From an uncultured Solirubrobacteraceae bacterium (GTDB taxonomy: Bacteria; Actinomycetota; Thermoleophilia; Solirubrobacterales; Solirubrobacteraceae), in contig CAVSSZ010000013.1 of the NCBI GenBank assembly GCA_963730725.1, positions 6,224-70,223 of the forward strand: DNA of 64,000 bases, given 5' to 3'. The translations under genes were made by a program, and so were the position numbers. Positions 1-9,662 of the stretch are shown piece by piece (within the stretch, counting starts at the first letter, position 1; each line of letters opens with the position of its first letter). The notes beneath the pieces were generated by a model, which ran no database searches, was not told the origin of the DNA, and was given only the letters and a program-made list of their open reading frames with translations.

Positions 1-1634
1 TCGCCGGCGGAGGACGAGGACGCGCCCGGGCGCACCGGCGTGAGCTCGTAGAGCGCGACGCCCTCGGCCGGAACGTTGGCCGAGATCGCGCCCGCGGTCT
101 CGTAGCGGGCCGGCGAGCCCGTGGAGCACAGGGGCGCCTTGATCGTCTTCGGCGTCGGGCTCGCGGTCAGCACGTTCTGTGCAGCACACAGATCGCTGTT
201 GTCACCCCAGAGGTCACGTATCTCGTAGGGGCCGCCGGCGGGCAGGCCGACCTTGGTGGCGGTCGTTGCAACGACCTCCGGTTGCGCGTAGTCCGTGTTG
301 AACAGCCCGACGATGACGTCGCCGTTGGGCTCTCTCTTGCTGAAGACCTGGCTGTTGGCGGTGACCGAGACCCGCTGGGCCGAGATCCCGTCCTGGTCGA
401 TCCCGATCACGCGCCGGTTGCGCAGCAGGGCGAGGTCGACGGGGTTCTGGGTCGCGTTCAGCTGCCGCAGATCGGTGCCGAGAATGAGCGGCGAGGCCGC
501 AAGCGACCACAGGCTCAGGACCGACTCGCGGGCGGGAAGGGTCAGCCCGTCGGTACCACGAACGCCGGCGGCGCTCCGGGGCCTGGCCGAGGTCTGGCCG
601 TTGCCCACCTCGACGGAGTCGAGATCGTTGAAGCCCTTCTTGGGCCCGCCGAAGTGCTCCCACAGTGCGGCGGAGTTGAAGCGCAGGTAGACCGAGGGGT
701 AGCCGGTCAGCGTTTTCTTGTCGCCGCCCTCCTCGACATCAGGTGTGTACTCCCACTGGTTGGCGTACCGGTTGAGCTGCGGCACGATCGCGGTGTCGTA
801 GGCCCCCTCCGTGGTGTCCAGCGCGATCTTGCGACCGCTCTGCGCCAGCGCCTTCGACCACGCCCGCAGGTCGGTCGTGTTGTGATCCAGGATGCCGTCG
901 AGCTTGACGTAGTCGACGCCCCACGACGCAAACTCGTCGGCCTCGCCATTGACGAACTGCTGGGCGCCCGGCGACTTGTAGTTGAGCTCCCACGTGCCGC
1001 CGCAGTTGTAGTTCTCGGCGTCGGTCAGCTTCTTGGAGTAGGACGATGGCTTGAGCCCGTGCGTGTAACCGAGCGTGATCTGATCCGCGGTGTATCCGCT
1101 GGGCTTGCCGAGCAGGTGACCGTGGGCGTTGGCCTCCACCGGAGTGTCGCGCGAGAGCGCGTTACCTGAGATGCCAGGCGTGAGATAGATGCCGAACTTC
1201 AACCCGCGGCTGTGTACGTAGTCAGCAACGGCCTTGATCCCGTTGACCGCGCCGTGATTGGGGAAGGCGCCGGTATTGGCCGTGTTGTTCTGACTCGTCA
1301 CCCACCGTCCCCAGCGGTCGACGGTCGGACCGTAGTTGCGATGATCTCCGGTGTAGGACACCTTCGGGCACTGGTACCACCCGTCGTCCTGGTTGATGTA
1401 GTCAAAGCCCTCGGCCTTGAGCCCACTGCGCACGAGCGCGTTGGCCTCGGCCTTATCGATCGCCGCGTTCGCGCCGAACCGAAAGGCACTCCAGCTGCTC
1501 CATCCGAGCACGGGACGTCGTTCGATGTGCAATGGATTCGGCGTCAGCGCGCCCGCGGTGGAGGTGAACAGCCCGGCCCCGATCATGATGATCATCGGAG
1601 ATAGGAAACGGAACAGCGTACGGAAGCGCGGCAT
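1..1634 (-). CDS. Secreted GH27 alpha-galactosidase (melibiase family), 3' end runs off window
   Basis: Manual translation from ATG 1634 (MPRFRTLFRFLSPMIIMIGAG..., signal-peptide-like). Motifs LGWSSW, YINQDDGW, GLKFGIY, GVDYVKLDG, FNDLDSVEVG, LWSLAASPLILGTDL. GAGGTC SD-like site upstream. Absent from the ORF track because no stop lies in the window. Confidence 0.9.
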   Translation of the reverse strand, partial: MPRFRTLFRFLSPMIIMIGAGLFTSTAGALTPNPLHIERRPVLGWSSWSAFRFGANAAIDKAEANALVRSGLKAEGFDYINQDDGWYQCPKVSYTGDHRNYGPTVDRWGRWVTSQNNTANTGAFPNHGAVNGIKAVADYVHSRGLKFGIYLTPGISGNALSRDTPVEANAHGHLLGKPSGYTADQITLGYTHGLKPSSYSKKLTDAENYNCGGTWELNYKSPGAQQFVNGEADEFASWGVDYVKLDGILDHNTTDLRAWSKALAQSGRKIALDTTEGAYDTAIVPQLNRYANQWEYTPDVEEGGDKKTLTGYPSVYLRFNSAALWEHFGGPKKGFNDLDSVEVGNGQTSARPRSAAGVRGTDGLTLPARESVLSLWSLAASPLILGTDLRQLNATQNPVDLALLRNRRVIGIDQDGISAQRVSVTANSQVFSKREPNGDVIVGLFNTDYAQPEVVATTATKVGLPAGGPYEIRDLWGDNSDLCAAQNVLTASPTPKTIKAPLCSTGSPARYETAGAISANVPAEGVALYELTPVRPGASSSSAG

Positions 1635-2248
1635 GACCTCACCCTCAGGACGTCTAACGATTGATCCTCTGCCAAGAGGACCGCCCGAGCATGAAGCGCT
1701 CGGCGGCGTCCGAGACCCAACCAGCGGCGGCCGAGGATGTCAATTTTTTGCGCACTTTTCTGCGCGGTGATGCGCGAATTGCCCTAAATGAACACCAGAA
1801 CGCGCAAGCGTCGATCGATGACATCCGACGCTGCGAAGGGAAGGGCGACCAACATACGCCCTGGGCTCCGAGAGCCGGACTGGCCGCTTTCGACGTCCGG
1901 AGGGCGCCTCGGGCGCCTGCATCGCGACGCATCCGCCATCCGCAACTGCTGTTCTTGCTCGGGTCCGACCGCTTGTTGGAAGGGTGCTCTGATCGCGAGG
2001 AAGCGGCAGCGCGGAGCGTCTGCGGGTTGGCCGATCATTCGATGGTGCGCGTCCTTCGCGACAGCGACGAGGAGGAGATGGTTGCGGTCTTCTTGCGAGG
2101 TGAGCTCACCAGCGAGCGATTCGGCCAGGCCGTTCGGGAGGCCCTGGTTGCGCTGAACCGACCGGAGGAGCTCATCACCGCTCCCGACCTCGCGGATCAG
2201 GAGGCAAACTCGGCTCGCCGTTCGATCCTCGCCAAGACCCGCGGGTAC

Positions 2249-2303
2249 TAGGAACGACGGCCTGAACTGGCCCCACTGCGACGGTCTGAACTGGCCCCAC
2301 TTC
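2249..2303 (+). repeat. IS21 left inverted repeat with two internal subterminal repeats
   Basis: CGACGG(C/T)CTGAACTGGCCCCACT occurs twice in tandem. Confidence 0.9.
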
Positions 2304-2362
2304 GTCCGAGCGGACGCTGAGGATCCGGTGCTCATCGAGCACGGATCGGAGGCGGCCAGGAA

Positions 2363-3896
2363 GTGGGTTCCAGAGTGGAGTTGTTTGAGCAGATCAGGCG
2401 GGACCGTGACCGGGACGGGCTCTCGTTGCGCGCGCTGGCGGCGAAGCATGGGGTGCACCGGCGGACGGTCCGCCAGGCGTTGGAGGCGGCGGTCCCGCCG
2501 GCGAAGCGCCCGCCGGCGCAGCGGCCGGCGCCGAAGTTGGGCGAGTATCGCGAGTTGATCGACGAGTGGCTGATCGCTGACCTGGTCGCGCCGCGCAAGC
2601 AGCGGCATACCGCGAAGCGGATCTGGCGTCGGCTGGTGGACGAGCATGGCGTGCGAGGTCGCGGAGACGACGGTGCGTGATCACGTCCGCAAGCGTCGGC
2701 GCGAGCTTGGGCTGACGGTCGGTGAGGTGTTCGTGCCGCAGGTGTACGCGCCGGCCCGGACGGCGGAGGTCGACTGGGGCGAGGCCGAGGTCGATCTCGC
2801 CGGCGCCCGGACGAGGGTGCACCTGTTCCACATGCGCTCCTGCTTCTCGGGCGCGGCGTTCACGATGGCCTCGCCGGTGGAGACCCAGCAGGCGTTCCTT
2901 GAGGGGCACGTGCTGGCGCTCGCGTGGTTCGGTGGCGTGTTCGCCGAGGTCCGCTATGACAACCTCGGCTCGGCGGTCAAGAAGGTGCTCCGCGGCCGCC
3001 GGCGGGTCGAGACCGATCGGTTCATCGCGCTGCGCTCGCACTATCTGTTTGAGTCGTTGTTCACGACTCCGGGGATCGAGGGCGCCCACGAGAAGGGCGG
3101 GATCGAGGGTGAGGTCGGCCGATTCCGTCGCAACCACCTCGTCCCGGTCCCGCAGGTCGGTTCGATCGCCAAGCTCAACCTGCTGCTCGCTGACGCGACC
3201 GAGCGGGATCTCGGCCGGCGGATCGCGGGCAGGCCGGCGACGGTCGGTGAGCAACTCGCGCACGAGCGGCCGTTGCTGCGGGCGTTGCCGGCGGCGTTTG
3301 ATGCGACCGAGACGACGGTGGTCCGGGTCGGCGCGAAGTCGCTGATCACGGTCCGCCAGAACCAATACTCGGTGCCGGTCGCGCTCGCCGGTTTGAAGGT
3401 GAGTGTCGCGATCGGCGCGAACGAGATCCGCGTCAACCATCGCGACCGGCAGGTCGCGGTCCATGAGCGGTTGCATGGCAAGCACGGCACCCGCGCGAGC
3501 CTGGATCATTATCTCGAGCTGCTTGTCCGCAAGCCCGGCGGCCTGGCGCGGTCGTTGCCGTTGGCTCAGGAACGCGACCGCGGGAACTGGCCGGCCACAT
3601 TCGACGAGCTGTGGACTGCGCTGCGTGCCAGATGGGCCCGGTCAGAGGCCGACCGGCAGATGGTCGACGTGCTGATGCTCTGCCGCGAGCACGGGCCCGC
3701 GACCGTCGAGCTGGCTGTCCGCGGCGCGCTCGCTGCCGGCGCGATCGACGGCCGCGCCGTCGGCGTCCTCGCCCGACGAACCGGCCATCCGGCCCCGGCC
3801 GGCAGGCTCGAAGGCCTCGACGCTCGCCTGGCCGTGCACGATCGGCCCGAGCCTGATCTGGGGGGCTATGACCAGCTGATCGGTGGTGCGCGGTGA
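2363..3896 (+). pseudogene. istA: IS21 transposase IstA, split by a +1 frameshift near 2654
   Basis: HTH N-terminus (ORF 2363-2680: RKQRHTAKRIWRRL) continues in ORF 2646-3896 (VDWG, YDN, EKGGIEGEVG DDE motifs). There is one extra base in GGCGTGCGAGGTC. Confidence 0.9.
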
Positions 3897-4672
3897 CCGC
3901 GGCCAAGAACGCCAGGACCGCTGCGCTGGAGGCGCTAATCGACGCGCACGCCGTCGATCTGAAGCTCCCGACCGTCCGCCGCCGGTTCCGCGCCCTTGCC
4001 GAGGAAGCGGTCCGCGAGCAGCAGACCCCGATCGCCTATCTCGCCGCGCTGCTCGAGGCCGAGATGACCGAGCGCGCCGAGCGGCGGGAGAAGCGCCGGC
4101 TGATCGACGCGCGGTTCCCGCAGATCAAACGGCTCGAGGACTTCCGGTTCTCCGACAACCCCAAGATCCCGCAAGCCACGATCGCCACGCTCGCCGAGGG
4201 GTCGTGGATCGATGACCGCGAGCAGGTGATCCTGATCGGCGACTCAGGGACCGGCAAGACGCACCTCTGCATCGCCCTGGCGGTTTGCGCCTGCCAACAA
4301 GGACGACGAGTCCGCTTCACCACCCTCGCCGCGCTGGCCAACGAGTTGCAGGAGGCCGAGAGCCGCAAAGAGCTCGGCCGAGTCGTCGGCCGCTACGCCC
4401 GCACCGACCTCGTGTGCCTCGACGAGCTCGGCTACTTGACCCTCCCCGACGGTGCCGCCGAGCTCGTCTTCCAGGTCCTCTCCGAGCTACACGAGCGCGG
4501 GTCGCTGATCGTGACCACCAACCTGCCGTTCGGCGAGTGGACCAAGGTGTTCCCCGACGCCCGCATGGCCAAAGCTGTCGTCGATCGCCTCACCCACCGC
4601 GCGCACATCATCGACACCGGCACCGAGTCCTGGCGCTTCCGACACGGCCTGACCAAACGCAAGGAGACCTGA
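3893..4672 (+). CDS. istB: IS21 helper AAA+ ATPase IstB
   Basis: Walker A GDSGTGKT, Walker B LVCLDELGY, TTNLPFGEW, VDRLTHRA; GTGA overlap with istA. Confidence 0.97.
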   Translation: MTAAKNARTAALEALIDAHAVDLKLPTVRRRFRALAEEAVREQQTPIAYLAALLEAEMTERAERREKRRLIDARFPQIKRLEDFRFSDNPKIPQATIATLAEGSWIDDREQVILIGDSGTGKTHLCIALAVCACQQGRRVRFTTLAALANELQEAESRKELGRVVGRYARTDLVCLDELGYLTLPDGAAELVFQVLSELHERGSLIVTTNLPFGEWTKVFPDARMAKAVVDRLTHRAHIIDTGTESWRFRHGLTKRKET

Positions 4673-4798
4673 CCAGCGGGAGTGCTGATCGGCGCGCACG
4701 CGGCTCTCGCCACTGCGCTCGCCTACGGCTCGCTCCGCGACGACAGCCGCGTCGACAACCCCGATCCGTCACCATCCCCAAGACATCACCAACACCGC

Positions 4799-4853
4799 GA
4801 GGTGGGGCCACTTCAAGCCGTCGCGGTGGGGCCAAGCGAAGCCGTCGCCCTCA
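4799..4853 (-). repeat. IS21 right inverted repeat
   Basis: GTGGGGCCA...GCCGTCGC occurs twice; reverse-complementary to the left end and ends in CA. Confidence 0.9.
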
Positions 4854-5424
4854 GGTACGGCGAGAGCCGCGAGCTGTTCGAGTTCTTCCCGGCCCGCGTC
4901 GAATGGATGTGGACGCAGATCCAGCCGACGGAGCTCGCCGCGGTGCGCTACATCGAGTACTCGTACTGGAACGAATTGTCCGGCGGCAGCCGCCTGGCGG
5001 TCGATGCCGCGCGGCGTATCGACGAAGGGGTCCGCCCGTTCGGAGTCTCGAACGCCCGCTTCCGGGCGGCCGCGGACGCGGTGCGCGACGGCGTGCGGTT
5101 CCCACCGTTGATCCTCGCCGGCCCTCTTCACAACGAGCTCGTGTGCCTGGAAGGCAATCTCCGCCTCACCGCCTACGCGCTCGCAGGCTTCCCTGTTCAC
5201 CTTGAGTGCCTGACCGGGGTCTCGCCTGCGCTCAGACGGTGGGCAGACTAGGCGCGCGGTCAGCGGCGGACCCCTCGGGCTCGTGATCCTCAGCCTTGTG
5301 GATTCCCGAACAGGCGGCCGAGACTAGACCACCCGGGGGTACTGCTTTCAATCGCCGAGACAGACATCCCCGCACGCCCACTATCGGTAGCCGGAGATAA
5401 TCCCGCCGCTCGCGCGCCCGCCCT

Positions 5425-5900
5425 GTCCTGGACTGCTCATGCGGGGTCGGCCCCCAGGCCATCGGCCTGGCGTTGCGCGGCTATGAGGTGACCGGCAGCG
5501 ATACCAGCGAGCGTTCGTTGGCTCGGGCCACGAAGACCGCCCGCGAACTCGAGGTGGCGCTGCAGACCGCGCGAGCTGACTTCCGCGATCTCAGCGCCGT
5601 CACGACGACTTCGATGTGGTCATCTCGTGCGACAACGCAATCCCGCATCTGCTCGACGACGCTGACGTTGACCTCGCGTTGCAGCAGATGCACGAACAAG
5701 CTCAGGCCGGGAGGGCTGCTGATCGCAGGCACGCGAGGCTACGAGACCGCGCTCACAACAGCGCCGACGCACATCCCCCCGATCGACGTTCCCGGTCCGC
5801 CGCCGCAGCTTGTCGTCCGCGTCCACGGATGGGACACGCCGGACGGGACTCTTGCGTCTCGATGCGACGCCATCCGAGCGCTCGCAACGCGACGACTGGG
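5425..5900 (+). pseudogene. Class I SAM methyltransferase remnant
   Basis: VLDCSCGVGPQAIGLALRGYEVTGSD, ADFRDL, FDVVISCDNAIPHL and LRPGGLL are spread over shifting frames with no start; boundaries approximate. Confidence 0.8.
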
Positions 5901-5917
5901 ATCGCGCCATCGATCGG

Positions 5918-6085
5918 CTACGAGGATCGAGGCTCGCTGTTGGTTGCCAGCACGCGAGCGATTGCGGGGACGTCATTGAGCGATCCGGTCGCAACGGCGA
6001 CCACGAAGCCATAGGCCTCGTCGTTGGTCGGGGTCAAGCGACGCCCGTTCATGCCCAGGAAGGCAAGGGTGGCGGCGAGCGCCAG
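5918..6085 (-). pseudogene. C-terminal fragment of a Fic/Doc-family toxin
   Basis: LALAATLAFLGMNGRRLTPTNDEAYGFVVAVATGSLNDVPAIA resembles the segment after the GNKR motif in actinobacterial Doc toxins; the catalytic motif itself is absent. Confidence 0.65.
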
Positions 6086-6153
6086 TGGCAGCAATGGCCG
6101 CCGAATGGTCAGCATCTGTGACTCCCGGGGTCGGCTCGGCCCAAGGCACAGGT

Positions 6154-6948
6154 TTACCGACGAGAAGCGATGACGAGGAGGTATTCGCAGGCGAGTTTGA
6201 CGGTTGGCGACGTTCCCTCGTCTCGTGTGGCGATGAGGTGCTCGAGGTCCTGTTTGAGCTGCCTCCAACGTTGCTCACGCTCGAGCCGGTGCCGCTGGGT
6301 GACGAGGTGGCCCGCCGTGCGGATGAGGAACTCGACGGCGTCGCGCCGGTTGGTGAAACGGAGTCTGAGAGAGCGCGCGCGGGTCGAGCTGACTTGTATG
6401 TCGTGTCTGCCGAGTAGTTCTGTGACGGCATCGGGGGCTCCCCAGAGGCTTGGTGGCGGGGTAGCCGGTGGTGGCGGTAGGTATGGCGTGAGTGCGGTTC
6501 CCATTGCGGGCATGAAGCTGCCGGGTGTCCAGGCGGCGAGTGCGATTCGGCCCCCGGGTGCGCAGGCGCGAGCCAGCGCAGCGGCGGCTGCGTCGTGGTC
6601 GGAGGCGTACATCACTCCGAAGGCCGATAGGACGACGGAGAATCCGCCTGCTGGCACTGGTGCGGACTCGAGGTCCGCATTCACGAACTCGATGTCGAGC
6701 CCCGCGCGTTGGCTGCGGGCGCTGGCGATCTGCAAGAGGGCTGGCTCAAGGTCGACACCGACCGCACGGGCCCCGCGGGTTGCTGCGAGCAGAGCCGCGT
6801 TCCCAGTTCCGCAGGCGAGGTCGAGCACATCGTCGCCATTTGCCACACCTGTGAGTTGGACAAGTTCTTGCGAGACGGCCTCGAGCTGCTCAGCCATCTG
6901 CGTGTACTGCCCTGCGCCCCAGGACGTCCTGGGGCCGTTCCCCATCAT
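6154..6948 (-). CDS. Class I SAM-dependent methyltransferase
   Basis: VLDLACGTG, FSVVLSAFGVMY, PGGRIALAAW; ATGA overlap with the upstream AKR stop. Confidence 0.9.
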   Translation of the reverse strand: MMGNGPRTSWGAGQYTQMAEQLEAVSQELVQLTGVANGDDVLDLACGTGNAALLAATRGARAVGVDLEPALLQIASARSQRAGLDIEFVNADLESAPVPAGGFSVVLSAFGVMYASDHDAAAAALARACAPGGRIALAAWTPGSFMPAMGTALTPYLPPPPATPPPSLWGAPDAVTELLGRHDIQVSSTRARSLRLRFTNRRDAVEFLIRTAGHLVTQRHRLEREQRWRQLKQDLEHLIATRDEGTSPTVKLACEYLLVIASRR

Positions 6949-7922
6949 CCGCGCGCAGGATGGGGTCGGTATGCCGCCTCGAGCCGTTCGACCTCGCCGG
7001 CCGAGAGGGAGATGCGCGTCGCGGCGATCGCATCGTCGATGTAGGTGCATTTCGTGGCGCCGATGATCGGAGCGGTCACTCCCGGCTTGTGCATGAGCCA
7101 GGCGAGCGCGATCTGCGCGGGCGGCAGGCCGCGCGCTCGAGCGACCGCACTCAGCGCGTCGATCACATCGAAGTCCTCGTCCCGTCCATAGAGCTGATGC
7201 TGGACCGGATCAGACTCGGTTCGTGCGGTGCGATGCTCACGGCGTCGGGTCCGTGCGCGGGCGAGGAAGCCGCGTGCGAGTGGGCTATACGGCACCACGC
7301 CGATGCCCTGATCCAGGCAGAACGGGATCATTTCACGCTCCTCCTCGCGGTGCAGCAGGTTGTAGTGATTCTGCATCGACACAAACCGCGTCCAACCGTT
7401 GCGCTCAGCCGTCGCCTGCGCCTTTGCGAATTGCCAGGCCGCCATCGTGCTCGCGCCGATGTAACGCGCCTTGCCGCTTCGCACGACATCGTGCAGCGCT
7501 TCCATGGTTTCCTCGACCGGCGTGTCCGGGTCCCAGCGATGGATTTGATACAGGTCGATGTACTCCGTTTGCAGGCGCGCAAGCGACGCATCGATCGCCG
7601 CGAGGATGTGCTTGCGCGAGAGTCCGCCGCCATTGCGGCCGGGGGTCGTTGGGTAGAAGACCTTGGTGGCGAGGACTGTCTCCTCACGCGAGATCAGCTT
7701 GCGCAGCAACCGGCCAGTGACGAGCTCGCTCGCGCCGCCCGCATACATGTCAGCCGTGTCAAAGAACGTGATGCCGGCCTCGATCGCCCGTCTCACAATC
7801 GGCTCCGCCCGCCGTTCGTCCAGGATCCACTGGCGCCGCGAGGTGTCACCGAAGCTCATCATCCCGAGAGCGAGGCGTGAGACATGCAGGCCGGTGGCCC
7901 CGAGTCTCAGCTGATCGATCAC
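6945..7922 (-). CDS. Aldo/keto reductase
   Basis: LGMMSFG, FDTADMY, LATK, IDLYQIHRWD, QNHYNLL, YSPLARG; start GTG 7922 inferred. Confidence 0.95.
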   Translation of the reverse strand: MIDQLRLGATGLHVSRLALGMMSFGDTSRRQWILDERRAEPIVRRAIEAGITFFDTADMYAGGASELVTGRLLRKLISREETVLATKVFYPTTPGRNGGGLSRKHILAAIDASLARLQTEYIDLYQIHRWDPDTPVEETMEALHDVVRSGKARYIGASTMAAWQFAKAQATAERNGWTRFVSMQNHYNLLHREEEREMIPFCLDQGIGVVPYSPLARGFLARARTRRREHRTARTESDPVQHQLYGRDEDFDVIDALSAVARARGLPPAQIALAWLMHKPGVTAPIIGATKCTYIDDAIAATRISLSAGEVERLEAAYRPHPARG

Positions 7923-8076
7923 GCGGCCCGATCCCGGCAACGCGACTGCTGCGCTCCTCTCTGGATGGCGCTGCTTGCGCCGGCGGGAAGCCAAGGGCAC
8001 ACTGTGTGAGGAGAGAGCGGTGAATGGATCGTTGCGCGGCCGGACCCCGCGACCAGCGCAATTCTGGGTTTCGCCA

Positions 8077-9582
8077 TCACGTGACGGGCGTCGAAACGAA
8101 TTTGGCGCCTGATGGCGCGTGCGGTCGAGTGATCGGCTGTGGGGTCAGGAATGTGGGCGTGACCGACACGGCGAGTCGAGCGCGGCCACGGTCAAGCTCA
8201 ACTGTCTTGTCCGCTCCGAGTGCGTCGGTCGCGTCCAGCGTGTCGTGGGGCCAGTCGATCTCGAGCACGGTCGGCGCTTCCTGTTCACCGTGGATCAGGT
8301 CCCCGTCCTTCCACACGACGAGCGCCGCACTGTCGTCTGCGCGTTCAACGAGGAACGCGAACACGTCCGCGCCGTACGCGCGATCCATGGGGTTGACCGA
8401 TTTGGCGCCGTCGAGCAGCCCTGCGAGCAAGGCGAATGTGTCTGCGGGGGGCCGGCGTCTCGCGAGCTTGCCGTCCTCGTAGGCGAGAAGCGGCAGCTTG
8501 CCATGCATCAGCTCCATCATCGTGAACGGGTCCTCGTAGTTGCCGACCTCGGGCCCGAGCTGCCAGCAGACCGTGCGGCTCGCTCCGTTGGCCAACGCAA
8601 ACAGGTTGCGGCTGACGATCTCGCGGCAGTTGATGCGGTCGCGCAGCTCATCGAGCTCGGGCGGGCACCCGACCATGAACATCTGCAGTGCCGCGGGTAG
8701 TGTCGGCATCCCCGCATAGAGCGCTTTCATGACTCGTCGTTCCGGAGTATCGGCCGTCGCGCCGGCGGCCAGCTCGCTGGTCGAGAAGGTGCCGCCAGCG
8801 TCCTCCGAGAACGCGGCGGCCATCGTCTGATGCAGCACGCCGTCAAGTTCAGGCAGCTGGAAGAGGGTCGGGCCGTTGTACTCGCCCACGACGACGGGAC
8901 GCTCGTACCCGTGCGCGCGCATCATCCCGCGCACGGCGGCGATATGACCACCGATCAACGCTGGGTTGTCATATAGGTGGATGTCGAACAGGTCGAAGTA
9001 CTCGCCGCTCGCAGCGAGCAGACGCTCAAAGAATCGGCGCGCCGGACCGTCCGGCGGACTGGATAGGGCGTCGTAGCCACAACCACCGAGGACGACCGCC
9101 GCCTCAGGATCAGCGTCGCGGACGGCGCGGTTGAAGGTGACAAGCTGCGCGACGTAGTCATCGGCGCTGCCAGCCCACATCAAGCCGACGTTACTCGGCT
9201 CGTTGTTGCACTGCCAGTAGGACACGCGGCCCGCGCAGCGCGAGACCAGCGCGCGCACGAAGCGGTAGTACGCGTCGTTGTCGTTCGCCGGTGAGGACGG
9301 CAGGAAGTCGGTGGCCACGCGGGTGCCCCACGGGGAGCTCGAGCAGACCGTGATCCATACCTCCTCCTCCCCGGACAGCTGCGCCATCAGTGCATCGACG
9401 CTTGTCCATTCAAACCGCCCCGGCTGCGGCTCGGCCTGACTCCAATACACGTACGCGCGGATGAGGCTGGCACCGAGGTCGCGGATCGGCTCGACGATCT
9501 GCTCGGGTGGGCCGAACAGGCCGTAGCTGACGCCGCGGGCGATCCCCAGGCGAATGCCCTGCGGCTGGACGTGCTGGCTCAT
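8077..9582 (-). CDS. Cytoplasmic clan GH-A glycoside hydrolase (GH5/39/42-like)
   Basis: WSQAEPQPGRFEW, acid/base NNEP, FDIHLY, nucleophile VVGEYNG; no signal peptide; GAAGGAG RBS. Confidence 0.75.
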   Translation of the reverse strand: MSQHVQPQGIRLGIARGVSYGLFGPPEQIVEPIRDLGASLIRAYVYWSQAEPQPGRFEWTSVDALMAQLSGEEEVWITVCSSSPWGTRVATDFLPSSPANDNDAYYRFVRALVSRCAGRVSYWQCNNEPSNVGLMWAGSADDYVAQLVTFNRAVRDADPEAAVVLGGCGYDALSSPPDGPARRFFERLLAASGEYFDLFDIHLYDNPALIGGHIAAVRGMMRAHGYERPVVVGEYNGPTLFQLPELDGVLHQTMAAAFSEDAGGTFSTSELAAGATADTPERRVMKALYAGMPTLPAALQMFMVGCPPELDELRDRINCREIVSRNLFALANGASRTVCWQLGPEVGNYEDPFTMMELMHGKLPLLAYEDGKLARRRPPADTFALLAGLLDGAKSVNPMDRAYGADVFAFLVERADDSAALVVWKDGDLIHGEQEAPTVLEIDWPHDTLDATDALGADKTVELDRGRARLAVSVTPTFLTPQPITRPHAPSGAKFVSTPVT

Positions 9583-9616
9583 CGTGAATCTCCTTCGGTT
9601 CCCATCGCGAGCTTGA

Positions 9617-9637
9617 GGTGTTTATAGCATAAACACC
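9617..9637. promoter_or_regulatory. Palindromic TetR operator
   Basis: Perfect GGTGTTTAT-AGC-ATAAACACC between the divergent GH and tetR starts. Confidence 0.8.
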
Positions 9638-9662
9638 GGGCTTACCCGATAAACTTCTGCCG

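Larger units (their letters stand above)
2249..4853 (+). mobile_element. IS21-family insertion sequence
   Basis: istA-istB pair, imperfect terminal IRs (TAGGAACGACGGC... / ...GCCGTCGCCCTCA) and flanking 5-bp direct repeat GGTAC at 2244-2248 and 4854-4858. Confidence 0.95.
2043..5251 (+). pseudogene. Hypothetical protein (ParB/Srx-like EGNxR motif) interrupted by IS21
   Basis: 5' half MVRVLRDSDEEEMVAVFL...KTRGY (2043-2248) joins in frame to GESRELFEFF...LVCLEGNLRLTAYAL...RRWAD* (4859-5251) when the IS and one GGTAC copy are removed. Confidence 0.85.

Noticed and set aside
1640-1800. Riboswitch or LacI operator upstream of the GH27 gene
   Set aside because: Only short hairpins and a partial AGCGCT core; no full consensus recognised.
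2646-2680. Programmed frameshift in istA
   Set aside because: No slippery sequence; the position inside the istA N-terminus is not a known IS21 recoding site.
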